Source of the DNA: Octopus vulgaris
Lineage: Eukaryota
Assembly (NCBI GenBank): GCA_951406725.2
Contig: OX597830.1
Coordinates: 43,462,001 to 43,526,000 of the forward strand
Direction: 5' to 3'
Length of the DNA: 64,000 nucleotides
Shown here: positions 12,638-25,337 of the stretch, in pieces
Position numbering within the stretch: position 1 is the stretch's first letter
Layout of the letters: every line of letters starts with the position of its first letter
Program-made: the position numbers and the translations under genes
Notes under the pieces: generated by a model
Database searches by the model: none
What the model saw: the letters and a program-made list of their open reading frames with translations, nothing else
What the model was told of the DNA's origin: nothing

Positions 12638-14634
12638 ATAACTCCCTTTGTCGTTGCTGCTTTCACTTCCACTTGATGGCTTTCTTTCTAGTCATTTGGA
12701 ATAATGGTAAGGCACAATACTTTATTATATTAGTAGCAAAATAAGGTGACGGGTTGTCAGGATTGTTAGCATGCCAAACAGAATGCTTAGTGGCATTTCA
12801 TCCATCTTCATATTCTTAGTTTAAATTTCACCAAGACCGACTTTGCTTTTCATTGTTTCGGGGTCAATAAGACGAGTACCAGTTGAATACTTGGGTCCAT
12901 GTAATTGACTAACCCCCTCCTTCAAAATTTCAGTTCTCATGCCTATAGTAGAAAGAGTTATATTAGTAGCAAAATGCTAATTCATTTCCTCTTCTGGTGA
13001 CTTTGAAGTCTTTGGTTCCAGTTGATGGCGGAACTCTACCAGTTAGTACTCAGGTTTGTGCCTCAAATGATTCAGGCTCAGTCAAGTTTCAGTTTCCATT
13101 TACCAAATCCACTCACAAGGCTTTGGTCAGTCTGAGACTATAGTAGGAGACACAGATGTTTGCCCAAGTGTTCTCACTGTCATGCAAGGGGACTGAAGCC
13201 AGAGCCATGTGGTTAGGAAGCAAGCTTCTTACGACATAGCTATGCCGGCCGAAGCTTTGAAGTCACTGATGCCCTTCTTGCAAAAGTATGATATGTACTA
13301 AAAAAAAATTGAGTATTTCTTCATTTTAATATTTAATTGTGTTTATTATAACAACATAGAAACAAGCATCAACATGTATATATAGAACACAGTGAGAGCT
13401 GTGTGTGTATATATACATGTTATCTAATATTTCATGTGTGAGAAAAAAACAGGCACTCACATATTAGTTAATACAATGGGTCTTTAGTATAATTAATTAA
13501 AAACAATAGAATCATTATATTTTATTAATACAATAAGACTATGATATTGTGTTTTCATAATAATAATAATAATAATTGTTTCAAATTTTGGTACAATTGT
13601 AGAGTAGGGGATGGTCAATAACATCACCCCTAGTACCTAACTGGTATTTTATTTTACTGCCAGTGCCCCCTGACTGGTTCCCGTGCTGGTGGCACATAAA
13701 AAGCACTATCCAAACGTGATCGATGCCAGGCCTGCCTGACTGCCTCTTGTGCCAGTGGCACATAAAAAGCAACCACTACACTCTCGGAGTGGTTGGCTTT
13801 AGGAAGGGCATCCAGCTGTAGAAACATTGCCAGATCAGATTGGAGCCTGGTGCAACCTCCCGGCTTGTTACTCCTCAGTCAAACCATCCAACCCATGCCA
13901 GCGTGGAAAGCAGACATTAAACAATGATGACTCTGAAAGGATGAAAGATAAAGTTGCTTGACCTCAGCAGAATTTGAACTCAGAATGTAATAACAGACAA
14001 AATGTTGCCTAACATTTGATTCTACCAGTTTGCAGCTTTCAACAATAATGACAACAACAATATCATCATCATCGTTTAAGGTCCGTTTTCCATCCTTGCA
14101 TGGATTGAACAGTTTGACTGGGGACTGGCAAGCCAGGAGATCACACCAGGCTCCAATCTGATCTGCCAATGTTTATACAGCTGGATGCCCCTCCTAATGC
14201 CAACTACTCCGAAAGTGTAGTGGGTGCTTCTTACATGCCACCAGCACAGGAGCCAGTCAGGTGGCACTGGCATCAGCCATGCTCAGATGGTGCTTTTTAC
14301 GTGCCACCAGCACAGGAGTCACTCGAGGCAGGGGTGCTGGGATCGACCAAATAATAATCTTTTCTACTAAAGGCACAGGACCTAAAATTTGCGGGGAGGA
14401 GACTAGTTGATTAGATGACCCCATTGTTTCACTGGCACTTAATTTATTGACTCCGAAAGGATGAAAGGCAAAGTTAGCCACAGCGGAATTTGAACTCAGA
14501 ACGTAAAAATGGACAAGCCAAGTATAACAGATAAGGCCACATGTGGCAGCACAGATGGTTGTGGTTAATAACAATGATTGGCTGCAACATTGTATGAACT
14601 GACACAAGGCACACACACATATCATATATATTAT

Positions 14635-14962
14635 AGCCATGGTTGTGTGGTAAGAAGCTTGCTACTCAACCACATGGTTCCAGGTTCAGTCTAACTGCAT
14701 GGCATCTTCTACTATAGCCTCATGCCAACCAAATCCTTGTGAATGGATTTGGTAGATGAAAACTGAAAGAAGCCTATTGTGTATATATATATATATATAT
14801 CTATGTGTGTATGTCTTTGTGTCTGTGTTTGTCCCCAACTACCACCTGACAACTGGTGTTGGTGTGTTTACTTCCTTGTAACTTAGCAGTTTGGCAAAAG
14901 ACACCGATAGAATAAGTACTAGGCTTACAAAGAATAAGTCCTGGGGTCGGTTTATTCAACTA
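14635..14962 (+). repeat. tRNA-derived SINE family A (representative copy)
   Basis: GGCTGTGTGGTAAGAAGCTTGCTTCCCAACCACATGGTTCCGGGTTCAGTCCCACTG..GGATTTGGTAGACGGAAACTGAAAGAAGCC consensus. Many copies, e.g. 3180, 8673, 11424, 21320, 30200, 36566, 57220, 62228, and minus-strand copies near 13090, 39900, 58620, 60430, 61280. Confidence 0.85.
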
Positions 14963-16274
14963 AAACCTTCCCAGTCTATGAGAGCAGTGACACCCAATAA
15001 GAACTGATACGGGCTGTGTCGGTCCGTCCAATCCTTGCCTGGATGTAAAACGCAGGTAAAATGATACGTGCGAGTGGGACAGAGTGGGTAACATTGTGTT
15101 TGCTAATATTATTTGCATCCGCGATAAAACTGCCAACAAATTAAATGAGAAATTGGTGCAAAGTAGATTTAGTCTAATAGCGCGCACCCACATCCGTTGT
15201 TTTTATGTCTGGGAAAAAAAAAATTGGCAATTGAGACAAGGAGCAGAAAATATCGCATATGCAACTTAAAGCTAATCAACAGGCAACAGACTATATGTAC
15301 AACACGGATGTTAATCGTTATAAGTAGACACTCTTTCGGTAAATGTTGAGCAAATATAAAAACAATTAATCCATTGTAAAATACAATACATTCATTCTAA
15401 TCCACTACGTCAAAACAATGCATTTATCTACTGTTGTTTATCTTATATCCGACTCCTACGAGAGCGGGGTTAAACCGATACATCGGTCCGGGGCCAGGAA
15501 TGCCGAAGGACCCGTAAACTATCCGTTGAGCCCTTCCCTAAAAGAAAAAAAAAATTGAATAAAAAATACCTCCTTACCCTTTTTTTAATTTTGAAAGAAA
15601 TACCCTGCCCCGTCGCTCCGAGTGTTCCGAAAGCTACTTTTGCTAAATTTCTCTCGGAGAACCTGCTCGCGTCATCGACGATCGAGCAGGTCGATGATCA
15701 AAGGTATTCTGGCGGAATTGTGCCATATAACTCCTCGTAGCATTCTATTTTTTTAGAATTTTCCAAACATTTTTTGTAAATTTGTGTTCTATACACGGGA
15801 ATTCATACGACTATGCAAAAACAAACAAAATTTAGTGCAAGATTTAAGGACTACTTAGCTGTCATTTTTAGCACATCTCACGACCACCCATACCCTCGTT
15901 TATTTGTCAGTCTGACGTGTATTGTTTTCCAATATCTTTGTCCCCATAAACACATTTAATGGTTTATTGCTGGGATTTAAATTCAGACTCTGTGATTTTT
16001 TAAAAATTCGAAAAATTCAAAAAATTTTTTTAATTTCGAAAAAAAGTTAAAAGGGGTTATATGGCGTGCTTAAAGCAGAATTTCACCGGCATTCCAGCAA
16101 TGACCATCCCGTTTTTTCTTTGGATATAGAGTAATGGGTTCTTAGAAAAAAAAAAGCGATCTCAGAAACAGAAACATTGAATAATGCCCAATTAGTATAA
16201 ATAGAAAACGAGAATAGATTATACATTACAATGATGGGAGAAATAAATAAATGAATATAAAAAAAGATATTTAC

Positions 16275-16332
16275 TTAATGAACTTGCGATTGCTTGCTCG
16301 TTTGCCCACATAGCCCATTCGATTTGCCCCAT
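16275..16332 (-). CDS. CYBA: p22phox (cytochrome b-245 light chain) coding exon 1
   Basis: Minus strand ATG at 16332 translates [19 protein letters not shown](I), nearly identical to human p22phox [20 protein letters not shown]. 58 nt followed by donor GTAAAT. Absent from the ORF track. Confidence 0.96.
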
Positions 16333-16816
16333 GGTTGAGTTCAGATGTGACGATCCGATCAGAGAAGTGGTCAACACGTATCATCAGCTGTAATGACACT
16401 ATAATACAGAGCTATCATATATTGTCATGTCAACACAAATACACTGTCATAAATAAAGAAATAAAACATTTCAAAATTTAAATAATAAAAAGAAATTATT
16501 TCCTTTTAAAATTTTCGCTTAATATTTTTCTGTAATATATTTACCACTCTAATTAATATTTAATTACAATAATAGTAAATAATCACAATTGATAATTATA
16601 ATACGAAACAGCCATTTGATTTTCGAGATGAAGATATAAATAGCAACAATTCGTCTTCTTAATTATGGAAATTGTTTCTTTTTGAATTAAAGACGTTTAA
16701 AAAGAAAATTACTGAATAATAAGTTCTAGTATACGGATTAAATTTCGTCTAAAAAAATAACTGTTCTGAACAAGTGGAAAACTTATTTAAATCCCGGTAA
16801 AAGCTAAGCAGTAAGT
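16333..16816. promoter_or_regulatory. Probable bidirectional promoter region between CYBA and PIGN
   Basis: CYBA ATG at 16332 (minus). Candidate PIGN non-coding first-exon donor CA|GTAAGT at 16811. CpG dinucleotides look more frequent across about 14950-17450 than in the rest of the window (judged by eye). TSS positions cannot be seen. Confidence 0.55.
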
Positions 16817-17769
16817 TTACTTCTAAAATATTTCAAGACTTTTTCCCAAACGCCGGTAATGCTTAGTTAAAGAAATGAAAATATTTTTTCGCAGCGTAAA
16901 ATTTTCAGTCTTAGCTTTCAAGTTCTTTCTTTTTCTTTTGACAGCCAGAACCTCGGCGTGTTTTTTTTTTATATTTGAAAAGGAAATATATTAAAAGGGA
17001 TGCAAGAACTGTTTATTATCTATCGCCACGTGTTTTACTTCAGTTGTTTGTTTGGGTTTTTGTGGTGTAATTTGTTTTATCCAAATAAATACAAACAGTC
17101 TTTGCGTTTCTCTGGAGATAGTTTCGACGAGAGTCAAAGTGATATCTTGTTAGTTCCTTCAGTTATTCGTTATATATTACACCTTACTAATAGTTAGATA
17201 ATGATAACTTACATAAAATATTAGCACATAGTAATTTTAAAATAGAGAAGACGCTAGTAGGATCTCTTAGACTAATGGATAGTCAGATTCTTTCACGAAA
17301 CCATGTGTTTTCTTGCTGTTTCCTCCGTCGTCTTAAGTCTTAAACCAGTCGGACAAAAACGACCCTGTCAAAGAATTGCGAATACAAGTGATTTTAGAAG
17401 AACTTGGATGAAAATATGACGTTGGGTATTTAAAAATAATTTTGTCCTGCTGAGAAAGCGGCAGAACCCTAAAGAACAGTACAACAAAGGATAGGACTTG
17501 CAGTGAAAGAATCCACCATACTGACATGCCAGAATGAAGAGTGTCTCCTATTCAAAATTCATACCTTGAAGTCTTTCCCCATTGATATGAACTGACTTGC
17601 TCCAAAACCCTATTGATTACCTGCTTCATTACCCCATTGATCTCTGGCTGTTTCAAAAAGCCTGATAGCTTTTAAGTAGCCAGTAAGTCTATAATTTCAA
17701 GTTATGAACTTTCCACAACTATGCTTGCATGGAGCCCAAATATCAGAAACCACACTAAATATTCCCATC

Positions 17770-18370
17770 ACTATTCATTAAATTGGCATCCTAGATATCC
17801 CTGAAAAGACAGGAAGGAATACTTTTGATTATTGGTCAGTTAAACAACGACTGAAGGAATGCAAAGAACCATCCATGAAACCTTTGTGCTTCTCTGCCTA
17901 AGAAATCCTTCCTCTTAGGCAGCAGCTCAACTGGAAGAGACTGCCTATCAACGATTATTCAGAGGAATCCCGTTTTGGTCATGGATTCATGAACATACTC
18001 TTTTGGTCATTATCAAACAGTGATGACCTAAGGTGAGAATAGGCATGCAAACCAATTTGAAAAGAGCAAGTTTGGCTTTTTTTGCCAATCTCCTCTCTTC
18101 TGAGGATTGACTGCTGATGCTATACCAACACCTGCAATTCTTGCACATTCAACTTGGCTTTCTGCTTCCCGTCATTTGTGACTACAACCCCAAGATACTT
18201 TAGCTTTGCCATTTGTCTCAGTGATGTTCCACTAACATGGAAAGTACACTTTCTTGAGAGGACCAATGTCTCAGTCTTTGCAGCATTTATTTTCATCCTT
18301 GTCATGCAGCACTCATTAGAGAATCCATTTCTTGAATTTCAGAATTGTCTCTCTTGCCTTTGAGAAGAAT
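17770..18370 (-). mobile_element. RTE-like LINE reverse transcriptase fragment
   Basis: ORF 18120-18305: MKINAAKTETLVLSRK..LRQMAKLKYLGVVVTNDG (RT C-terminal KT and KYLG motifs). Confidence 0.75.
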
Positions 18371-18970
18371 TACCATTAGCACTACCCTTTCATCATCATG
18401 CACAATATCCCCTCCACTCTCAAAGATTCCTTGTCTTGCAAAGTTACTTGGTGAGCTTGTCTGTGCAGGTGCCACTTAAACGTACCCAGTCCTCACTGTA
18501 AAGTCAGTATTTGGAAGGGCATCCAGCTGTAAAAACCTTGCCAAAACTTACCCCTCCTGTACTTGTACCATGTAAAAAGCACTCAGTGGTTGGTGTTAGG
18601 AATGGCATCCACCTGTAAAAATCCTGCCATAACAGTCACCAAAGTCTGGTGCTGGTTTCTAACTGACTGGCTCCTGTCAAACTGTCCCACTCATGCCAGC
18701 ATGGCAGGTGGATGCTAAACGACAATGATGATGATGACTATTGCTTTTTCTTTTCATTCTGAGCATAATTTGAACACAATTTGAAATTCTTTAGTGCTCA
18801 TTACTTTATATTAACCCACACTTCTATATACATTCTTCATGTGACAGGTATTCCTAGGAAACTTCCCCATGTCATTAAGATTTCATAAATACTGATGCTT
18901 ATGTTTTCAGTTTTTTGTTTATTTCAGATTGGGAAGCAATTTATGTGGTCACCTGTAAACTGCTGAAAGT

Positions 18971-19194
18971 ATGTTCAGTTGGAAATTATTACTACTTGGA
19001 CTAGTAGTTCACTTGATTCTCTTTTATTCCATATTCGATATCTACTTTAAATCTCCAATTGTTCATGGTATGACACCACATTCCAGTCCTACTTCACCTC
19101 CTGCTAAACGCCTTGTATTGTTTGTTGCTGATGGCTTACGAGCCGATAAGTTCTATGAATTACAAGATGGCAAATCAAAATCACCATTTATAAG
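18971..19194 (+). CDS. PIGN: GPI ethanolamine phosphate transferase 1, coding exon 1
   Basis: [36 protein letters not shown]...[21 protein letters not shown], the PIGN/Mcd4 N-terminus. Upstream acceptor tttcag ends at 18927; donor GTTGGT at 19195. Confidence 0.96.
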
Positions 19195-20499
19195 GTTGGT
19201 GTTCCATTTCTTATTCTTTGATTTGATATTTATTTTGCCTTGGTTTAATGCAAATAAATAAATAAATAAACACCGGAGCAATAGCTCACATTTTCTAATT
19301 TGGTGCCATATGTTTCTGCTTTCAAATCACACTAGATTCAACTTTATTTATCATCAGTCAGTATCCATGATGTAGTGTGATTAAACCAATAAAACACTCT
19401 TTGAGCTTTCTAATAAAAAGTTAGCATAGTTGATAAATCTTTATCCAAAATACTTGGAACCAGAAGTGTTTCAGATTTCACAGTAATTGTATATTTGCAC
19501 TTATAAAATGGAACAACTTGGTCTTGGGACCCAAGTTTCAACTGATAACCATTACGATTGTTATTGTTTGTCTGTTTTCCATGCTGGCATGGGTTGGATA
19601 GTTCAACAGTAACTGGCAATCCAGAGGATTGCACCAAGATCTCCTGTTGTTTTTCTGACATAGCCATTGAAATATTTTATTATGAGTAAGTGTTTGACCT
19701 CATGAAAGCAATGACAAATGACTGAGACATTGGCAGTATATCGTGCTTGAGAAGAAAACCCATTAAGCCAAGTAGAATGACAGTTGTAGCAGATACTGGT
19801 GGTATGTAAAAGCACCCATTACACTGAGAAGTTGGCGTTAGGAAGGGCATCCGCAGAAACCATGCCAAATCAGACTGGAGTCTGGTACAGCCTTCCAGCT
19901 TGCCAGCTCTGGTTAAACCATCCAACCCATGCCAACATGGATAATGGGCATTAAATGATGATGATGATGATACCATCTTTAAAGTAGTGAGCTGGTAGAA
20001 TCGTTAGCACACCAGACAAAATGCTTAGCAGCAATTTGTCTGCCTTTATGTTCTGAGTTCAAATCCTACTAAGGTTGGCTTTGCTTTTCATCCTCTCAGG
20101 GTCGATGAGTGAAATAAGTACAAAATGAGTATTGAAGTCAATATAATCGACTACCGCCTCCCCATAATATTTCAGGCCTTATGTTTACAATCAAAAGGGT
20201 TACGAGGACACTATCTTGTTATGTAGGGATATTCTTAGTGTTATTATAAAGATTGTTTTGGATTAAAATCCGAATTAGCAAAAACTGATGTTATCAGGAT
20301 ATGTCTTCCTACCTGCTATTCCTGTTTAGATGGGGAAAGCATATAACCAGCATAAATTATGACAGTTGCATTGCATAACTCTAGGTGTCTTACTACCTGA
20401 CCTTGTGTCTATCAGTCGTTTATTAGGTATTGTAATCTATCATCCATCTTGACAGTATTAATTGTGCTATCCTCTCCTATCTCTGCAATGATTATGTAC

Positions 20500-21773
20500 C
20501 AGTGGTTCCCAACATTTTCACTATCAAATACTCCTTTTATTTAGATGAGTTTTCCCACAGACCCCTTTTAATATGGTCTTTTATTTTTTATTTTTATTTT
20601 TTTTTGCTAAATAAACACCCACACTATATATTCGTTCTTCACTCGATTTTGTTCTTATTCTAACTCATGTCCATTTTCCAGAAATGTTTCATCACACACC
20701 TGTGACCTCCTCAGTGACACTTTCCATCTTCATGTGTGCTCTTGCTCGGCTTATTCCATTCCATCTTTGCTTTATCTCTTACTGACCTAGTAGGGCAGAA
20801 ACAACTAAGGTCATGTTCAACTAAATAACCATTGTCACTTGTCTGTCTTAGGAGGAGGCCCAGTTCTTCCGTGTCAACACCATGAAACTCCACATCACTC
20901 TCGCTGAATAGAATAAGCAGAGCAAGAGCACACACAAAGACAGAAAGTGTTGCTGAGGAGGTCACAGATGTGTGACAAAAGATTTCTAGACAATGGACAT
21001 GAGTTAGAATAAGGACAGTAATAAACGAGTGAAGAACAAATATATGGTGCAGGTGTTTATTTGATAAAAAAAAACAAAAAGGACCATCCCGAAATACATG
21101 TTTTGAACACACGACTTCACATCAGGAATTTGCAACACAAATTCATAAATCTTTTAATATACTTATCTCAGTTGGGAGAGCGTTAGACTGAAGATCTAAA
21201 GGTCTCTGGTTCAATCCCGGGTTTCGGCATCCGGAGGTTGGCAACAAGCTTTTTCAAGGGCGGTGCCCCAGCATGGCCTCAGCCGGATGGCTGAAATAAG
21301 TAAAAGAGTATATATATATATAGGCTGTGTGGTAAGAAGCTCGCTTCCCAATCACATGGTTCCGGGTCCAGTCACACTGCATGGCACCTTGGGCAAATGT
21401 CTTCTACTGTAGCCTCAGGCCAACCAAAACCTTGTGAATGGATTTGGTAGATGGATTCTGAAAGAAGCCTGTCGTATGTATGTATGTATTTGCGTGTCTG
21501 TGTTTGCCCCCTCCCACTCTCACCACCGCTTGACAACTGATGTTGGTGTGTTTACATTCCCGTAACTTAGCAGTTCAGCAAAAGAAACCGTTAGAATAAA
21601 TACTAGGTTTACAAAGAATAAGTCCTGGGGGTTGGTTTGTTCAACTAAAAGTGGTTCTCCAGCATGGCCACAGTCAAAATGACTGAAACAAGTAAAAGAA
21701 TAAAAGAATATGAAATTTTGAATTAAGTTCACAGACCACCAGGAGTCCACGGACCCCAGATTGGAAACCACTG
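20500..21773. mobile_element. hAT-type non-autonomous element carrying nested insertions
   Basis: TIRs CAGTGGTTCCCAA / TTGGAAACCACTG; 8-bp TSD TTATGTAC (20492-20499) / TTATATAC (21774-21781). Related ends near 5150 and 46144-46710. Confidence 0.75.
21167..21229 (+). pseudogene. 5'-truncated tRNA-Phe(GAA) copy
   Basis: CTCAGTTGGGAGAGCGTTAGACTGAAGATCTAAAGGTCTCTGGTTCAATCCCGGGTTTCGGCA matches animal tRNA-Phe from about position 11 onward with about 2 changes. The 5' acceptor strand GCCGAAATAG is missing. Confidence 0.88.
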
Positions 21774-22845
21774 TTATATACCATTATTAAATAGTGCTAT
21801 ATACCATTATTATATACATCCCTCTCAATTAATATTGCTACACATACACAAATATGTAGCATGTTCTTTGCGGTGTATCTCACCAAAACACATTTCCATC
21901 TCACTTCCTTCTCGAATACTTAACATGCCCTTATTTTCTTTTCTTTTTTTTTTATTCTTAAATAAAATGTTTTGAACAGAGTTTTAAACAAAAATTTTAA
22001 AACTTTAACGTAAAGTGTACTAGCCATCTGAATGTGGCTAGCCACTGGGGGTGGGGTGTTACTGATGCTTTTAGCCCCAGGAGATCAACGTCTCCAGCTG
22101 GCCTTAGACACAATTTCAGTGCCCTTGTGTTATTTGCAAAGGGAGGTCATCCTCCCTCAAAAACCTAAGTGATACATACGGACTATAGTTTCAAGGTATT
22201 TGCCTGAACTTGTGCCTGGGAGGGAAACATTCTAAGTGCAGCCCCATGGTCGTTCATGACTGAAGGGGGTCTTTCCCCTTTATTCTGTACAAAACATGGT
22301 GTGGAGAGAGGAGGCTGGTAAGCCTGGGCAACTGCTGGTCTTCCAAAAACAACTTTGTCTGAACTTGTGTCTAGGGAGGGAACATTCTAAGTGTAGCCCC
22401 ATGGTCGTTCTTGACTGAAGGGAGTCTTTACTTTTTTCTACTTTTCTCAAGAAAAACAAAATGATTATGTTAGAGAGCTTTATTTTTTTTTTGTATATTT
22501 TAATCACATTAATTTATTTTACATTGAATGAAATATTGGTTTCAAATTTTGGTACAAGGCCAGCAATTTTAGAAGAGGACTAGACAATTACATCAACCCT
22601 TGTGCATGACTGGTACTTATTTTATTGATCCCAAAAGGATGAAGACATGAAATGTCACTAAGCGTTCTGTCCAGTGTGCTAAGGGTTCTGTCAGCTCCAC
22701 TGCCTTTACATTCAGTGAAATATTAAAGACTAATAAATCAGATTACAGCACTTTTGGAGCAGTTGTGTAAACCTCTGTTTTTCTCTGGTATTCATAATTT
22801 TTTTTTTAAACAATTTAGATTCAAAAATTCAGATGTCTATCGTAT

Positions 22846-23061
22846 TTGAGGGGATGCTGAAAAGTTCCTAGCCTTGAGTGAAAGAAAATACAGGAGGATC
22901 AGTTATGATATTATCCAACATATACCCCTCTCAGATTCACACACATTGCAACAAACCTTTAGTTTTTTTCTAAGCTCTATAAAAGAATTCAGAAGGTTGA
23001 GCTTCCAACTAGGCTTTTTGCGATACCCTTAAAGCCAGAAGCTTTTCGGTACCCCCTTGTA
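22846..23061. mobile_element. Mariner-derived MITE
   Basis: Inverted ends GAGGGGATGCTGAAAAGTTCCTAGC / GCCAGAAGCTTTTCGGTACCCCCTTG. Confidence 0.6.
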
Positions 23062-23366
23062 CATGGTAGCATATGTATACATGTACTTTTACAATAGCCT
23101 AGTTGTAATTATGCTGTGTTTCACTCTTATATAAAATATGTTGAATGTTCATAACTGCAAGTAACATTCAACATATTTTCTATAAGAGGGAAACAGTAAA
23201 TTAAAAAAGAAAGATCATTCCAAACTTGGCTCTGCCTTTTACTCTTCCAGGATTTATCAAATAACTACCGTTGTTACATGAATGTTGGTTTATTTGGCTA
23301 AACCCCTCTATTAAAAGTAAAACAAGAAAGTTAAACCAACATACTTCCTTTCTTTAAATCTTTCAG

Positions 23367-23488
23367 AAGTATCATGGAAAAGAATGGTTCATTTGGCATA
23401 TCACATACCAGAGTACCAACAGAATCTCGTCCTGGGCATGTTGCCATCATTGCAGGATTTTATGAAGATGTTAGTTCCATTGCTAAAG
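23367..23488 (+). CDS. PIGN: PIGN coding exon 2
   Basis: AG/GT bounded, 122 nt; [41 protein letters not shown] (catalytic PTESRPGH motif). Confidence 0.97.
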
Positions 23489-23528
23489 GTGACATTTCTC
23501 TTTGTTTCCATTATTCTCTTTCTATTTC

Positions 23529-23759
23529 TTAACCCTTTTCCATTCATATTCCTCTGTCAAACATAATCTTTATTTCTTCACAGTGTTTTGAATATATAAT
23601 CCTGGATTATCTCATAGCTTTGAGATTTTGATGATGTGATTGTTTATTTCTAGAATGGCACTGTAGGGTAGGTGTGAGAGATCAGACCTGGTCAGTTCAA
23701 ACGTAGAACAAGTGGAATATTTGGGCCAAATATGACCAGTTTAAATGCTAAAGGGTTAA
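23529..23759. mobile_element. Second TTAA-flanked MITE family
   Basis: TTAACCCTTTTCCATTCA ... AAATGCTAAAGGGTTAA; a deleted relative lies at about 530-687. Confidence 0.65.
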
Positions 23760-25238
23760 ATGAGTGAAGGCTCGTGGCCTTAGTGGTTAGGGTGTTGCAC
23801 TCCTGGTAACAAGATTGTGGTTTCGCTTCCTGAACCAGGTAATGCATTGTCCTTGAACAAAACACTTCATTTTCCAATGCTCTAAGCTATTCAGCTATAA
23901 ACGAGTTCCAGCAATAGTTTAGCAGTTAACCCTGAGACGGTTGAGCATCTTATTCAATGGGAGTGTGTCATAATCTTCAGTCACATGCATACCATGGAAA
24001 CCTGGTTAAACTCTGACCTTTTGCGTCCCTGTAGCTCAAGGGAAACCCAAGATAACTACTTAAATGAGAAAGAACATTGGTTTCAAATTTTAGCACAAGG
24101 CTTGCAATTTTAAGGGAGGGAGTAAGTCAATCACATGACTGCTACTTATTTCTTGTACCCTTGAAGAATGAAAAGCAAAGTTGACCTTGGTGGAATTTGA
24201 ACTCAGGATGTAAAGATGAACAAAATGCCACTAAGCATTTTGCCTGGGTGCCAACGATTCCACCGTCTCACCACCTTAATGAGAAAGAATTTTGCTTTCC
24301 AGCCACATGGTTCCAGGTTCATTCCCACTGCACAGTACCTTGGGCTGACCAAAGCATGGTGAGTGGATTTCTTAGAGGAAACTGAAAGAAGCCTGTCGTG
24401 TGTGTGTGACTTTGTGTTTTTGTTTGTGCCCCACCACTGCCTGACAACTGGTGTTGGTGTGTTTATGTCCCTGTAACTTAGCAGTTTGACATAAGAGACT
24501 GATAGAATAAGTGCCAAGCTTTAAAAAAAAAATTTCTGGGGTCAACCCATTCAACTAAAATTCTTTGAGGCAGTGCCCCAGCATGGCCACAATCTAGTGA
24601 CTGAAACAAGTAAAAATCAGTTAAAGCTGAGGACTACACTACACCAAAAGATGTTTACCCTTTCAGCCTTTTTTTTTTAGTTGTTGCAAAAGAACATACG
24701 TGACCAAGACCTTTGGCCATATGCTGTGCTTGAGAAGACTGGTCAAGCCAAGTGAAATCGTAGTCATGGCTGATGCTGGTGTCACATAACTTGCCGGTAA
24801 AAGGCATCTTTCGAGCATTGGGCCTCAAGGGAGCAAAGTGGCTGAGCTCCTTTCTAGTGTAGAGCCTCATGGAGGCAATGACTGAGGCCTTTGGCATTAT
24901 GTCGTGCTTGAGGAAATGATCCATGAAACCAAATAAAATCACAGTTATGGCAGATACCAGTGTCACGCAAATGGCACCTGTGCTGGTGACATGTAAAAGA
25001 ACCCATTACACTATTGGAGTGGTTGGCATAAGGAAGGGCATCCAACCATAGAAAACCATGTCAAATCAGACATTAGATTGGTGAAGCCTTCCAGCCCTGG
25101 TCAAACCACCCAACCCATGCCAGCATGGACAACAGATGCTAAATGATGATGATGAATCTATGATAAACTGGTTATTTCACGTTGGAAACAAGTGTTGACA
25201 GTCTGTTTTGATAAACTTTCTTAAATCTTTTGTTTTAG

Positions 25239-25337
25239 GTTGGAAAGAGAACCCAGTAGAGTTCGACTCGGTTTTTAACGAAAGCTTTTCCACCTGGTGT
25301 TGGGGCAGCCCTGATATACTTCCAATATTTGCTAAAG
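25239..25337 (+). CDS. PIGN: PIGN coding exon 3
   Basis: 99 nt; [33 protein letters not shown]. Confidence 0.97.

Noticed and set aside
21157-21229. Functional tRNA-Phe gene
   Set aside because: The 5' acceptor-stem strand and the start of the A box are missing, so it cannot form a cloverleaf.
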